Notes: generated by a model from the sequence alone, not told the origin. DNA of 64,000 nucleotides from Halorarum halobium (GCF_032116555.1 NZ_CP134949.1:1-64000); one strand, 5' to 3'; numbered from the stretch's first letter, positions 48,668 through 59,029 are shown. A program made the numbers and translations.

Positions 48668-48970
48668 CTATCGCAGCCAGAGTAGCTGCGCGTGAACCGT
48701 CTCCCCGACCTCCAGCACGCGGTCCTCGTCGATGATGCCCGCCTCCACCGCCACGGAGACGCACTCCTCGCCGACGAGGTTCGCCGTGTTCGCGCCCATG
48801 AGGCTCTCGACGACCCGGTCCTCGTCGGCCGACTCGGCGTCGTCGCCGCCGTAGAACGCCTCGGTCACCTCCAGGGTGACCGTCCCGTTCTCGTACGTCT
48901 CGCCGAGACAGTCCGGGTCACAGACCGAGACCAGGGTCCCCTCGGGCGTGTCACGCTCCTTCAGCAGCAT
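48668..48970 (-). CDS. DUF424 family protein
   Basis: LVSVCD..CLG, L.V...FYGG, ANLVG..CV, V.HAQ. Confidence 0.85.
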   Translation of the reverse strand: MLLKERDTPEGTLVSVCDPDCLGETYENGTVTLEVTEAFYGGDDAESADEDRVVESLMGANTANLVGEECVSVAVEAGIIDEDRVLEVGETVHAQLLWLR

Positions 48971-49731
48971 CAGTGCCCCTCGCGTTCCTCGTACTCCTCG
49001 ACCATCTCCTGCTCGGCCTCCTTGCGGAGCTCCTCGGCGCGCTCGGCCGCGGCCTCGGCCTCCTCCTCCTCGCCGAGCTCGTCGAGCGCGCGGGCCTTCT
49101 CCTCTAGCACCTCGGCGTTGCGCATGCCGAGGCGGATGGCGTTGTCGAAGGCGTTGACCGCGTCCTCCAGCAGGCCGCGCTCGACCAGGAAGAAACCCCG
49201 ATTGTACCACGCCTGGGCGAACCGCGGGTCGATCTCGACGGCGCGCTCGGCGTGTTCGAGCGCCTGGCTCGTCTCGCCGAACTCGTGGAGCGCGTACGCC
49301 AGGTTCGTCTCGGCGCTGGCGGCGTGCTCGGAGTCGTCGTCGATACGGAGCGCCTCGCGGTAGGCGCCGATGGCCTCGTCGTACTCCTCCAGTTCCGCGT
49401 GGGCGACGCCCTTGTTCACCCAGGCTTCCTGCTCGTCGAGGCTGTCGTCCTCGGCAAACTGGGCGGCGCGGCCGAACGTCTCGGTCGCCTCCTCGAACCG
49501 GTTGATCGCCATGTAGGAGAGCCCGACGTCGATGAGGCTCTCCACCTCGACCTGCTCTTTCGCGATGTTCCGCTCGTCGAGGAGGTCGGTGAGGGCCCGG
49601 GTGTCGACGGGGTCCACCTGCGAGGGGTCGGCGTTCAGCGCCTCCGGGTCGAGGGTGAACTCCTCGTAGTCCTCGTCGAGTCCCTGCCCGGACGAGAACT
49701 CGTGTGGTCGGTCCTGCTCCTCGTCGGTCAT
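48970..49731 (-). CDS. Tetratricopeptide repeat protein
   Basis: Repeated TPR units (AWVNKGVA, AWYNRG, A..A..RA). Confidence 0.9.
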   Translation of the reverse strand: MTDEEQDRPHEFSSGQGLDEDYEEFTLDPEALNADPSQVDPVDTRALTDLLDERNIAKEQVEVESLIDVGLSYMAINRFEEATETFGRAAQFAEDDSLDEQEAWVNKGVAHAELEEYDEAIGAYREALRIDDDSEHAASAETNLAYALHEFGETSQALEHAERAVEIDPRFAQAWYNRGFFLVERGLLEDAVNAFDNAIRLGMRNAEVLEEKARALDELGEEEEAEAAAERAEELRKEAEQEMVEEYEEREGH

Positions 49732-49805
49732 ACCACGGGGTTGGCGAACCGTGCGGGTAAGGCTTGCGCGTCGGGCTTTTCACGGTCCAGTTCCCCAGTT
49801 CCCGT

Positions 49806-50363
49806 ATGCCACGGCTGTTCGTCTCGCTCGACCTCCCCGACGCGCTCGCGGAGTCGGTCGCCGCCCTCCGGGACGAGGCTCCCGACGCGCCCGGCCTCTC
49901 GTTCACCGACCCCGAGCAGGCGCACGCGACGCTGAAGTTCCTCGGCGACACCCCCGACTCCGACGTCGAGAAAGTGACCGACGCGCTGGACCGGGCAGTC
50001 GCCGACGCCGACGTGGGGCCGTTCCCCGTCGAGGTGGGCGGCCTCGGCGCGTTCCCGAACGACGAGTACATCCGCGTCGTCTGGGTCGGCGTCCGCGAGG
50101 GCGCGTCCGAACTCGGCCGCCTCCACGAGGCGGTCGAGCGCGAGACGACCGCGCTCGGCTTCGAGGCGGAGGAGCACGAGTTCACCCCGCACGTCACGCT
50201 GGCGCGGCTGAGCAACGGGCGCGAGAAGGACGCCGTCCAGCGATTCGTCCGCGAGCGCGACCCCGACGTGGGGCGGTTCGAGGCGACCGAACTGTGCCTG
50301 ACGGAGAGCGACCTCACCGAGGCGGGGCCGGAGTACCGGACCGTCGAACGGTTCCCGCTCTGA
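49806..50363 (+). CDS. thpR: RNA 2',3'-cyclic phosphodiesterase (2H family)
   Basis: RLFV, HATLKFLG and PHVTLAR HxT motifs, S.LT..GP.Y. Confidence 0.92.
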   Translation: MPRLFVSLDLPDALAESVAALRDEAPDAPGLSFTDPEQAHATLKFLGDTPDSDVEKVTDALDRAVADADVGPFPVEVGGLGAFPNDEYIRVVWVGVREGASELGRLHEAVERETTALGFEAEEHEFTPHVTLARLSNGREKDAVQRFVRERDPDVGRFEATELCLTESDLTEAGPEYRTVERFPL

Positions 50364-50471
50364 GCGAGAGTCCGGCCGCGCTGCGAGCGGTTTTCACACG
50401 ACTGCAGTCGGTTGTGCGGAGCGTTCGCACGCGGTCGGGGCGCTTACCCCGGGTCGCCGAGAGTGCGGGCC

Positions 50472-51739
50472 ATGGCGACCGGCACCCGGGACCCGGTGGC
50501 GGACTCGCGCGTCCACCTCGGCGGCCTCCTGGTCGCGGCCGTCGGGTTCGTGGTGACCCGCTCGGCGACGCGAGCGCGAGCGGGACTCGGCCCGGCGAAC
50601 CGCCCGGCTCACCGCGCTGAACCGAATCCTCAGGCACGAGGTGCTCAACCGCGTGAGCGTCGTCCGGGGCTACGCCGAACTCGACGGCTCGCAGGGGAAG
50701 GCCGCCATCGGGCGGAGCGCCGACGCCATCGAGAAGGCCGTCACGGAGGCGGGCCGGATCGCCCGCCCGGACGTCGTCCTCTCGCCGGTCCCCGTCGCCG
50801 ACGCGGTCGAGCGTGGCGTGGCGTCGGTCCGCGGGCACTCCCCCGACGCGACGGTGACCGTCCGGGACGACGGCGGCGACGCCCTCGTCTGTGCGACCGA
50901 CCGCCTCGCGGACCTGGTCGAGCACCTCGTCGAGAACGCCGTCGAGTACACCGGCCCGGACTCGCGGGTCGTCGTCGACGTCCGGGCCGACGCCGCGACG
51001 GCCACGCTCCGGATCGCCGACGACGGCGGTGGCCTCCCCGAGCGCCAGCGTGCACTGCTCACACGCCGGGACCCTGCCGGAGTACGACGACCCGAACGCG
51101 GGGTTCGGGCTGACGTTCGTCCGCCTGCTCGCCGAGGAGTTCGGCGCCGGCATCGCGGTCACGCCGGGCATCGACGGCGGGGGGACGGGCGTGGAGGTGA
51201 CGTTCCGCCGCGAGGGAACCCCGGCGGCCCGCCTGACCGACCGCGACGGCGTGACTACCGCCCGACTCGCCGACGTTGCCGCCGCGGCCGTGCTCGCGGG
51301 CGTCCTCATGGGGCTCGTGCAGACGGCCATGGGCGGGTCCGTCCCGGTCATCGGCGCGCTGTACGGCGTCGAATCCGCGGTCGTCGGCTGGACGACCCAC
51401 CTGTTCCACAGCCTCGTGTTCGGCATCGGCTTCGCCGCCGCGCTCGACCACCCCCGACTCGGTCCCTGGCGGGGGCGGCCGCTCCGGATGGTGGCGCTGG
51501 GGCTCGCCTACGGCGTCCTGCTGGCGCTGCTCGCGGCCGGCCTCGTGATGCCGCTCTGGCTCCGCGCGGTCGGGATTCCGGCCCCGCTCCCGCTGCTGGG
51601 CGCCATGGGGCTGGTCGGCCACCTCGTCTGGGGCGGAACGCTCGCGCTCGGGTTGCTCGGGCTGGATCGGCTGCGCGACCGGGTGAGCGCGCCGCGGACG
51701 GTCGCGGGCCCTCACGCTGGCGCCGAAAGGGGACGGTAA
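50472..51739 (+). pseudogene. Disrupted sensor histidine kinase with C-terminal membrane domain
   Basis: Three frames: TM start (50472), H-box LNRILRHEVLN/ENAVEY/DDGGG, then G-box GFGL and TM domain after a +1 shift near 51061. Confidence 0.8.
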
Positions 51740-51930
51740 CCCGCTGAACCACCCCGCGGGTTCATTCCCCCCGCGCCCGAACGACGGGACGATGAACGAC
51801 CCGTACCGGGGGGACTCGAGCCGGGGAGTTCCCTGCGGAGCGAGCCCGACGTGCCGCGCACGGTCGAACAGGCCGCTGAACGAGGGAGCTCCGCACGGGG
51901 CACTCAGGAACGGTCGGTCGGTCGGGGCAG

Positions 51931-53193
51931 ATGGCTGAATACGAGATACTACTGGTACTCGTTGGTCTCGCCATCTTCGGGGCGGTCGTCCTGCCGCGAG
52001 TCCTCTCGGACGTGCCGATGTCGTTTCCGATAATATACGTGGCCGCAGGGGCGATCCTCTTTTCGCTCCCCCTAGGAGTCGAGACGCCGGACCCCGTCAG
52101 ACACGGCGATCTCGCCGAGCGACTCACCGAGCTCGTCGTGATAATCGCACTGATGGGTGCGGGACTGAAACTCGATCGGCCGTTCGATTGGCGGGCGTGG
52201 TCGAACACCTGGCGACTGCTCGCCATCACGATGCCGGTGACCATCGTCGCCACCGCCGTCCTCGGCTGGGGCCTGCTGGGCGCCCTGCTCCCGACCGCCA
52301 TCTTGCTCGGTGCCGTCGTCGCACCCACTGATCCGGTACTGGCTTCGGACGTACAGGCGTCGCCCCCGACCGAGGCGATAGACGAACAGACCGATCCCGA
52401 GGAGCAGGAGGGCGAGATTCGGTTTGCGCTCACGTCCGAGGCGGGCCTCAACGACGGACTCGCGTTTCCCTTCACGCACCTCGCCATCGCGGCGGCTGCG
52501 GCTGCCGGGGCATCGTCACTGGGCTGGGTGGGCGAGTGGTTCCTCGTTCACGTTCTCTACGAGATAGCGGTCGGCGTCGTGGTTGGGTACCTCGTCGGGC
52601 AACTCATCGCCCGAGTCATCTTCAGTAGGGCCGTCACGACCGAGTTGGGAAAAGTCATGGAAGGCGCGGAGGTGTTGGCGGCCACGTTCATCACGTACGG
52701 CCTGACCGAACTCCTCCACGGCTACGGCTTCATCGCGGTCTTCGTCGCTGCACTCGAACTCCGTCACTACGAGTGGGAACACGAGTACCACGTCGCCATC
52801 CACGACTACGCCGTGATGGTCGAACGGATCGTGATGGCAGCGGTCCTCGTACTGTTCGGCGGAACCATCGCCGGCGGACTGTTCGACCCACTGACGATGC
52901 TCGACGTGACGGTCGGTCTCCTGCTCGTCTTCGTGATCCGCCCGACGGCCGGGTTGCTCGGTCTGTTCGGCACGTCGATGCCCTGGCGGGAGCGACTCGT
53001 CGTCTCGTCGTTCGGCATTCGCGGCGTCGGTTCGTTCTACTACCTCGCGTTCGCGCTCAACGAGGCGACGTTCGCGGAGCGGGAACTGCTCGTCGCCGCC
53101 GACAAACTCTGGGCGCTGGTCGGGTTCGTCGCCCTCGCGTCCATCGTCGTTCACGGGATCTCGGCCAACACCGTGATGAGTGCGTTCGAGTGA
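51931..53193 (+). CDS. Cation:proton antiporter (CPA1/NhaP-like)
   Basis: APTDPV, EAGLNDG, GF.AVF, IRP, FGIRG, about 12 TM helices. Confidence 0.92.
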   Translation: MAEYEILLVLVGLAIFGAVVLPRVLSDVPMSFPIIYVAAGAILFSLPLGVETPDPVRHGDLAERLTELVVIIALMGAGLKLDRPFDWRAWSNTWRLLAITMPVTIVATAVLGWGLLGALLPTAILLGAVVAPTDPVLASDVQASPPTEAIDEQTDPEEQEGEIRFALTSEAGLNDGLAFPFTHLAIAAAAAAGASSLGWVGEWFLVHVLYEIAVGVVVGYLVGQLIARVIFSRAVTTELGKVMEGAEVLAATFITYGLTELLHGYGFIAVFVAALELRHYEWEHEYHVAIHDYAVMVERIVMAAVLVLFGGTIAGGLFDPLTMLDVTVGLLLVFVIRPTAGLLGLFGTSMPWRERLVVSSFGIRGVGSFYYLAFALNEATFAERELLVAADKLWALVGFVALASIVVHGISANTVMSAFE

Positions 53194-53324
53194 ACCCGTG
53201 AGGAGGGCTCCGGCGAACTCACCGCGCCTCCTCTCCCGATAGCGTTCGTCCCGCCTTCAGTCCGGTATCGCCCTCCATGCGGTCGAACGCCGGTGGTGAT
53301 TCTACCGGCAGCGACGACCGCGAG

Positions 53325-54404
53325 TCAGACGCCGGTCGCCCGGCCGTCCGGCGCCGCCTCGTCGTCCAGGGGGTCCTCCATCTGGCCCATCACGGCCTCG
53401 AACGCGTCCGTCGCCGTCAGGAGGCCGACGACCTCGCCCTCCGAGAGCACGAGCGCGAGCTCCTGCCCTTCGGCCTGGAACCGGTCGACCGCGTCGCTGA
53501 CGCTCGTCTCGGGACTGATGGTCATCGGCGGCGCGGCCAGTTCCTCGAGGGTCGTCTCGCCCAACCGGAGCTCGTCCACCGCGCTCAGGACGGCGGGGAC
53601 GTACACGATGCCGCGGAAATCGCCCGACTCCTCGCCGACGAGTGGGTAGCGCGTGTAGCCCGCGGAACGCATCCGGTCGAGGTTCTCCGCGGTCGAGTCG
53701 GCCGTCGAGAGGAACACGACGTCCTCCTCGTCGACCATCAGGTCGACGACCGGGCGCTCGCCGGCGGTGAGCGCGTTGACGACCTCCTCGTGGCGCTCCT
53801 CGGAGAGGTCGCCGCGGTCGAGCAGCGAGTCGAGGCGATTGCGGAGCTGCGCGCGGTTCTCGACGATCTCCTCTTCGGTCTCCAGCCACGCGCCGGTCAT
53901 CTCGACGCCGAACAGCGCGAGCGTCCACTTGGCGACGTGGTCGCCGACCCACATCACGGGGTAGAGGAGCTTCGCGAAGTAGTACAGCGGCGTCGCCCCG
54001 TAGCGACAGACGAGCTTCGTGCGCTCGACGCCGAGGTACGTCGGCGTCTGCTCGCCGTGCGTGAGGTGGAGGAGGTTGATGATGAGGAACGCGAGCAGCG
54101 CGCCGGCGCCGACCGACGCCAGCCACGTGTTCGCGAAGTACGGCTCGAACAGCGCCGCGAGCGCCGGTTCCGCGACGATGCCGACCGCGATGGAGGAGGC
54201 GGTGATGCCGACCTGGCAGGTGGTGAGATAGATCTCCAGGTCGTCGGTCATCGCCCAGGCCCGGCGGAGCCCCGGCGCGTCGAACTCCGACTCGCTGTAC
54301 TGTCGGACCCGCGTCAGGGCGAACTCGATGGCGACGAAGAAGCCGTTCGCCAGGATAAGGCCCAGCCCCGCGGCGAGGCGGACGAGTATCTCGGCGGTGT
54401 TCAT
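53325..54404 (-). CDS. CNNM/hemolysin family (DUF21 + CBS pair) protein
   Basis: NGFFVAIEFAL, QVGIT, GEQ.P, YTRYP, CBS domains. Confidence 0.92.
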   Translation of the reverse strand: MNTAEILVRLAAGLGLILANGFFVAIEFALTRVRQYSESEFDAPGLRRAWAMTDDLEIYLTTCQVGITASSIAVGIVAEPALAALFEPYFANTWLASVGAGALLAFLIINLLHLTHGEQTPTYLGVERTKLVCRYGATPLYYFAKLLYPVMWVGDHVAKWTLALFGVEMTGAWLETEEEIVENRAQLRNRLDSLLDRGDLSEERHEEVVNALTAGERPVVDLMVDEEDVVFLSTADSTAENLDRMRSAGYTRYPLVGEESGDFRGIVYVPAVLSAVDELRLGETTLEELAAPPMTISPETSVSDAVDRFQAEGQELALVLSEGEVVGLLTATDAFEAVMGQMEDPLDDEAAPDGRATGV

Positions 54405-54514
54405 CGCCCGAACGTCCCGGCCGACGATACAAGGTTTTGTTGGCTCGAACTGGTCGGATGGCCCTCGGCCCCGACTGACCCGCCGCGGACGGGACGCCCC
54501 GCCGTCCGGTCAGC

Positions 54515-55804
54515 TCACGTCCCGTGCTGCCAGGAGCCCATGTACTCGCGCTGCTCGTCGGTGAGTTCGTCGTGGGCGACGCCCTCGGCGTCGAGTTTGA
54601 TCTCCGCGACCTCCCGGTCCAGTTCGTCGGGCACCTCGTGGACGCCCGCCTCGTACTCGTCGCCGTTCTCGACGAGTTCGCGGACGCAGACCGCCTGCAC
54701 GCCGAAGCTCTGGTCCATCACCTCGACCGGGTGACCGAGCGCGATGGGCGCCGCGAGGTTGACGAGCCGTCCCTCCGCGAGCACGTTCAGCCGGCGGCCG
54801 TCGGACGTCTCGTACGCCTCGACGCCCTCGCGGGCCTCGTAGCGGTCGACCGCCAGGTCGGCGAGTTCCTCGAGGTTCACCTCGACGTCGAAGTGGCCGG
54901 CGTTGGCCAGCAGGACGCCGTCCTCCATGACCTCGAAGTGCTCACGCGTGACGACGTCGCGGTTGCCGGTGGTCGTGAGGATCACGTCCGCCTCCTTCGC
55001 TGCCTCGGCCATCGGCTTCACGTCGTAGCCCTCCATGTGGGCTTCGAGCGCCCGGCGCGGTTCGACCTCGGTGACGACGACGTCGGCGTTCTGGCCGGCC
55101 GCCTTCTTGGCGACGCCCTTGCCGCAGTAGCCGTAGCCGGCGACGACGACGGTCTTGCCGGCCCACGAGAGGTTCGTCGTCATCGCGATCGTGGCGAGCG
55201 AGGACTCGCCGGTGCCGTGGACGTTGTCGAACAGGCGCTTCATCGGCGTGTCGTTCACGGCGAAGATGGGGTACTCGAGCGCGTCGTCCTCGTCCATCGC
55301 CCGCAGGCGGTGGACGCCGGTCGTCGTCTCCTCACAGCCGCCGACGATGGAGTCGATGAGGTCGGGGTGGTCCTCGTGGACGGCCGCGACCATGTCCATC
55401 CCGTCGTCGACGGTGACGGTCGGCCCGTGGGAGAGCACCGACTCGATGGCGGCGTAGTAGCCCTCGTCGTCGACGCCCCGCACCGCGTAGGAGGTGATGT
55501 TCTCGTGGGTGTCGAGCGCCGCGCTCACGTCGTCGTGGGTCGAGAGCGGGTTGCAGCCGGTGATGGCGACCTCCGCGCCGCCGTCGGCAAGCAGCTCGAC
55601 GAGCGTCGCGGTCTTGGCCTCGACGTGCATCGCCATGCCGATGACCTGCCCGGCGAACGGCCGGGACTCGACGTACTCCTCCCGGAGTTCCGAGAGGATG
55701 GGCATGTGCTGTATCGCCCAGTCCATCTTCTTTCGGCCTTCCTCGGCGGCTTCCTGCGGGTTCTCGAGATGTTCGGTGACGGGGGCGTACGGCGTCTCGC
55801 TCAT
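54515..55804 (-). CDS. ahcY: Adenosylhomocysteinase
   Basis: HVEAKT, CNPLST, EETTTG, K.LFDN.HGTG, GYGYCGKG, GHFD.E, GHP.EVMD.SF. Confidence 0.98.
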   Translation of the reverse strand: MSETPYAPVTEHLENPQEAAEEGRKKMDWAIQHMPILSELREEYVESRPFAGQVIGMAMHVEAKTATLVELLADGGAEVAITGCNPLSTHDDVSAALDTHENITSYAVRGVDDEGYYAAIESVLSHGPTVTVDDGMDMVAAVHEDHPDLIDSIVGGCEETTTGVHRLRAMDEDDALEYPIFAVNDTPMKRLFDNVHGTGESSLATIAMTTNLSWAGKTVVVAGYGYCGKGVAKKAAGQNADVVVTEVEPRRALEAHMEGYDVKPMAEAAKEADVILTTTGNRDVVTREHFEVMEDGVLLANAGHFDVEVNLEELADLAVDRYEAREGVEAYETSDGRRLNVLAEGRLVNLAAPIALGHPVEVMDQSFGVQAVCVRELVENGDEYEAGVHEVPDELDREVAEIKLDAEGVAHDELTDEQREYMGSWQHGT

Positions 55805-55864
55805 GTGGCGTGGGTTCGGGTGGTCGGTTCTTAACGCCGCCGAAGGCGGATGCTGGTTCCGTTC

Positions 55865-55936
55865 GTCGTTCTCGGGGCGGCCGGTTTCGACGTCGTGGTC
55901 AGTTCAGTTGTCGTGGCGCACGCCTCGAAAACCCCC
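55865..55936 (-). repeat. Remnant (3' end and tail) of family A element
   Basis: 55908-55934 matches 10842-10868 at 25/27 nt. Its reverse complement resembles the tail of copy 2. Confidence 0.65.
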
Positions 55937-56134
55937 AGTCGTTCACGCCCAGTATCGTTTCGGCCTCGGCCACGACCGCATCGAAACGACGACCAACCGA
56001 CCGGAAGCGCCGACGGCCACGGCAGCTTTCGCGGTGGTCTCGACGCGATCAGTCGGATATCGTTCGGGGAAACCGGATCACGGCCATCGAAGCCGACGTC
56101 ACCATTGAATAGCCGCGAGCGCCCTCGATTCACC

Positions 56135-56536
56135 ATGGAGCCAGTCGACTTCGAGGAGGCCGAGACGTACGAACCCGACGAGGGCTGGCAGCGCCGCGCG
56201 CTCGCCGGGAGCGACGAGTTCAGCTTCGAGTGGTTCGAGAAGCCGCCGGGCCACTCCTCGCCGATGCACGACCACGAGAACGAGCAGGTCTGTCTCGTGC
56301 TCCGCGGGGAACTCACAATCCACACCGATGACGACGCCGTGACGCTCGGGGAGTACGACTCGGTGCTGCTCGAATCGTGGGAGTCCCACCGCGTCGAGAA
56401 CACGGGCGAGGAACTCGCCGTCGGCCTCGACGTGTTCGCGCCGGGCCGCTCGTTCGACTTCTGGACCGACCGCGCGGACGGGGGCGACGAGGAGGACGGC
56501 GGCTCGGACGAGGCTGGATCGGGGGCCGACGGGTAG
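56135..56536 (+). CDS. Cupin domain protein
   Basis: P.H.H..EQ...VL.G motif 1, L...DS......H...N motif 2. Confidence 0.9.
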   Translation: MEPVDFEEAETYEPDEGWQRRALAGSDEFSFEWFEKPPGHSSPMHDHENEQVCLVLRGELTIHTDDDAVTLGEYDSVLLESWESHRVENTGEELAVGLDVFAPGRSFDFWTDRADGGDEEDGGSDEAGSGADG

Positions 56537-57367
56537 ATGCGGTATCTCGCCCGGACCGCGGACGGCCGGCCGCTCGTCGGCGACGACGAGGGGTTCGTCC
56601 CGCTCGCGGCCGCCTACCCCGACGCCGAGCGGGTCCGCGACGTCCTCCCGCGGGCGCCCGACGGCCTCCGCGACCTCGACGGGGTTCCCGCGGACCGGAC
56701 GCCGCGCGAAACCCTGTCGTTCGGCCCGTTCGTCGACGAGCCGGGCAAGCTGTTCGGCATCGGGCTGAACTACGCGGACCACGCCGCCGACCTCTCGGAG
56801 GACCCGCCCGAGGAGCCGGCCAGCTTCTTCAAGCCGGCCAGCGCGGCCACCGGGCCGGGCGGCCCCATCCGACTCCCGCCCGAACGCGGCTCCGAGGTCG
56901 CCGCCGAGCGGGTCACCGCCGAGGCGGAACTCGCGGTCGTGATCGGGCGGACGTGCCGGAACGTGGCCGTCGACGCGGTCGACGAGGTCGTCGCCGGGTT
57001 CGCGCCGGTCGTCGACGTGACCGCCGAGGACGTGCTCGAACGGAACCCCCGGTTCCTGACCCGGGCGAAGAGCTACGACACGTTCCTCGTGCTCAGCCCG
57101 CACCTCGCCGTCACCGGGCCCGGCACGGACCTCGAGGACGTCGAGGTGCGGACCGTCGTCAACGACGCCGTGGAGTCGCGAAACGTGGCGTCGAACATGC
57201 ACTTCTCGCCGCGCGAACTCGTGGCGTTCCACTCCGAGGTGATGACGCTCGAACCCGGCGACGTGATATCGACCGGGACGCCGGGCGCCCACCCCATCGA
57301 CCCCGGCGACCGCGTCCGCGCCGAGGTGGAGGGAATCGGGACGGTGGCCGCGGACGTCGTCAGGTGA
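56537..57367 (+). CDS. Fumarylacetoacetate hydrolase family protein
   Basis: GIGLNY.DH, FFKP, EAELAVVIG, DVTA.D, AKSYDTF, TL.PGDVISTGTPG. Confidence 0.92.
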   Translation: MRYLARTADGRPLVGDDEGFVPLAAAYPDAERVRDVLPRAPDGLRDLDGVPADRTPRETLSFGPFVDEPGKLFGIGLNYADHAADLSEDPPEEPASFFKPASAATGPGGPIRLPPERGSEVAAERVTAEAELAVVIGRTCRNVAVDAVDEVVAGFAPVVDVTAEDVLERNPRFLTRAKSYDTFLVLSPHLAVTGPGTDLEDVEVRTVVNDAVESRNVASNMHFSPRELVAFHSEVMTLEPGDVISTGTPGAHPIDPGDRVRAEVEGIGTVAADVVR

Positions 57368-57481
57368 GGACGGATTACTATTCAGTTGGTTACCAGATTA
57401 CGATAACTACCGTCCTGAGTTTCACTATGTCTATCTGACGCTGCAACAACTATATTACGGTATATGAGTAATTGGTGTGGT
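57368..57481 (+). promoter_or_regulatory. AT-rich promoter region of the ABC transporter operon
   Basis: Markedly AT-rich ~110 bp with TATATTA about 25-31 nt upstream of ATG 57482. Confidence 0.55.
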
Positions 57482-59029
57482 ATGGCAGAACACAGCACGA
57501 ACAGGCGGACGTTCCTCGCCGCGACGGGCGTGACGGGGATGGGAGCACTGGCCGGCTGTGCCGGCTTCGGCGGCGGTGGCGGCGGCGGAGGGGGCAACGG
57601 TGACTTCCTCTCGACCGCCCAGCAGCTCGGCATCGCGGACAACTGGCAGCAGCGCCGGATCGGGGCCGCCGACGACTGGCCCATCGAGGCGCGGCGGGAG
57701 GTGCCCGAGCGCCAGAGCGCCACGACCTGGACCGACAGCGGGGCGTTCCAGAGCGCGGTCGAGAACGACGTGTGGACGCCGCCCGAGGGGTGGCAGGACA
57801 CCGCCGCGGGCGACGTGGAGACGCTGCAGATACTGAACCACGGCGCGGCGAACATGGAGTTCGACCCCGCGACGCTGGCCGCCCACGAGATGTTCACCGA
57901 GATCACCGGGATCGAACTCGACGTCATCGAGATCGGCGTCGACCAGGCGAACACGCGCGAGCAGCAGTTTCTCTCCTCGGAGGAGCCGAGCCCGCACGCG
58001 TTCAACGTCGACGGCATCCTCGTCCCGGTGTTCGTCGAGCAGGGCTACCTCGAGGCCACGGACGCTCTCTACCCGGAGGGCGGCTACGAGCCGTACATTC
58101 CGGCGCTCCAGAGCCTCGTCCAGTGGGACCTGGACCCCCAGTACGAGGGGACCCACACCTTCGGCTACCCGAACATCGGCGAGGCGAGCATGGGCCACCT
58201 GCGGCCGGACCTCATCGAGGAGCAGGGGATCGACCCCGAGCGGTTCCAGGGCGAGTGGTCCTGGGACCTCCTCGAGGAACTGGGCGAGGCGTTCGCGGGC
58301 ACCGACGTCAACGCGTTCGCGTACTACGCCGGCACCTCGACGTACCTTGCGTACTCGTTCCGGGAGCTGCTGTTCCAGCAGGGCGGGCGCATGGTTCAGG
58401 ACGACGGGACGGTCGTGATGAACTCGGACGCCGCCGTCCGGGTCATCCAGAAGATGCGGGACTGGCGCGACGCGGGCTACGTCCCCAGCGACGTCATCTC
58501 CTACGGCGAGGGGGACATCGTGGACCTGATGGCGTCGGGACAGCTCGCGTACACCACCGCGTTCAGCGACTTCGTCCCCCGGCTGCTCCAGGAGTACGAG
58601 CCCGGATCCCAGTACCAGGTGGTCGTCCCGCCGGCGGCCAACGCGGGCCCGTCGCCGACGCAGGCGGGGCTCGTCGCGCCGAACACGACGAGCATCAACC
58701 GCTTCTCGGACACGGGCCACAAGCTCGCCGCGATGCTGTACGGCGACCTGAAGCTGAGCTACTTCACCCAGTGGCTGGAGTTCACCTACGAGGGGAACAT
58801 CTCGTACATGGACCAGGTGTACACCGACTCCTCGGAGAACGACTTCGTCACGTTCGGCGGGGTGATGGGGAACGCCATCGAGAACGGCGTCCTCGAACTG
58901 TTCCCGCAGATGGCCTCGGTGTTCCAGCAGATGCTCTCGCCGGTCCAGCGTGCGATCCAGGGCTCGATCGAACCGCAGGCGGCCATGGACCAGGTGCAGG
59001 AGTTCGTGGACTCCGAGATCAACGAATGA
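57482..59029 (+). CDS. Carbohydrate ABC transporter substrate-binding Tat lipoprotein
   Basis: NRRTFL, LAGC lipobox, Gly linker, SBP family 1-like body (F...TGI, W.WD.L). Confidence 0.88.
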   Translation: MAEHSTNRRTFLAATGVTGMGALAGCAGFGGGGGGGGGNGDFLSTAQQLGIADNWQQRRIGAADDWPIEARREVPERQSATTWTDSGAFQSAVENDVWTPPEGWQDTAAGDVETLQILNHGAANMEFDPATLAAHEMFTEITGIELDVIEIGVDQANTREQQFLSSEEPSPHAFNVDGILVPVFVEQGYLEATDALYPEGGYEPYIPALQSLVQWDLDPQYEGTHTFGYPNIGEASMGHLRPDLIEEQGIDPERFQGEWSWDLLEELGEAFAGTDVNAFAYYAGTSTYLAYSFRELLFQQGGRMVQDDGTVVMNSDAAVRVIQKMRDWRDAGYVPSDVISYGEGDIVDLMASGQLAYTTAFSDFVPRLLQEYEPGSQYQVVVPPAANAGPSPTQAGLVAPNTTSINRFSDTGHKLAAMLYGDLKLSYFTQWLEFTYEGNISYMDQVYTDSSENDFVTFGGVMGNAIENGVLELFPQMASVFQQMLSPVQRAIQGSIEPQAAMDQVQEFVDSEINE

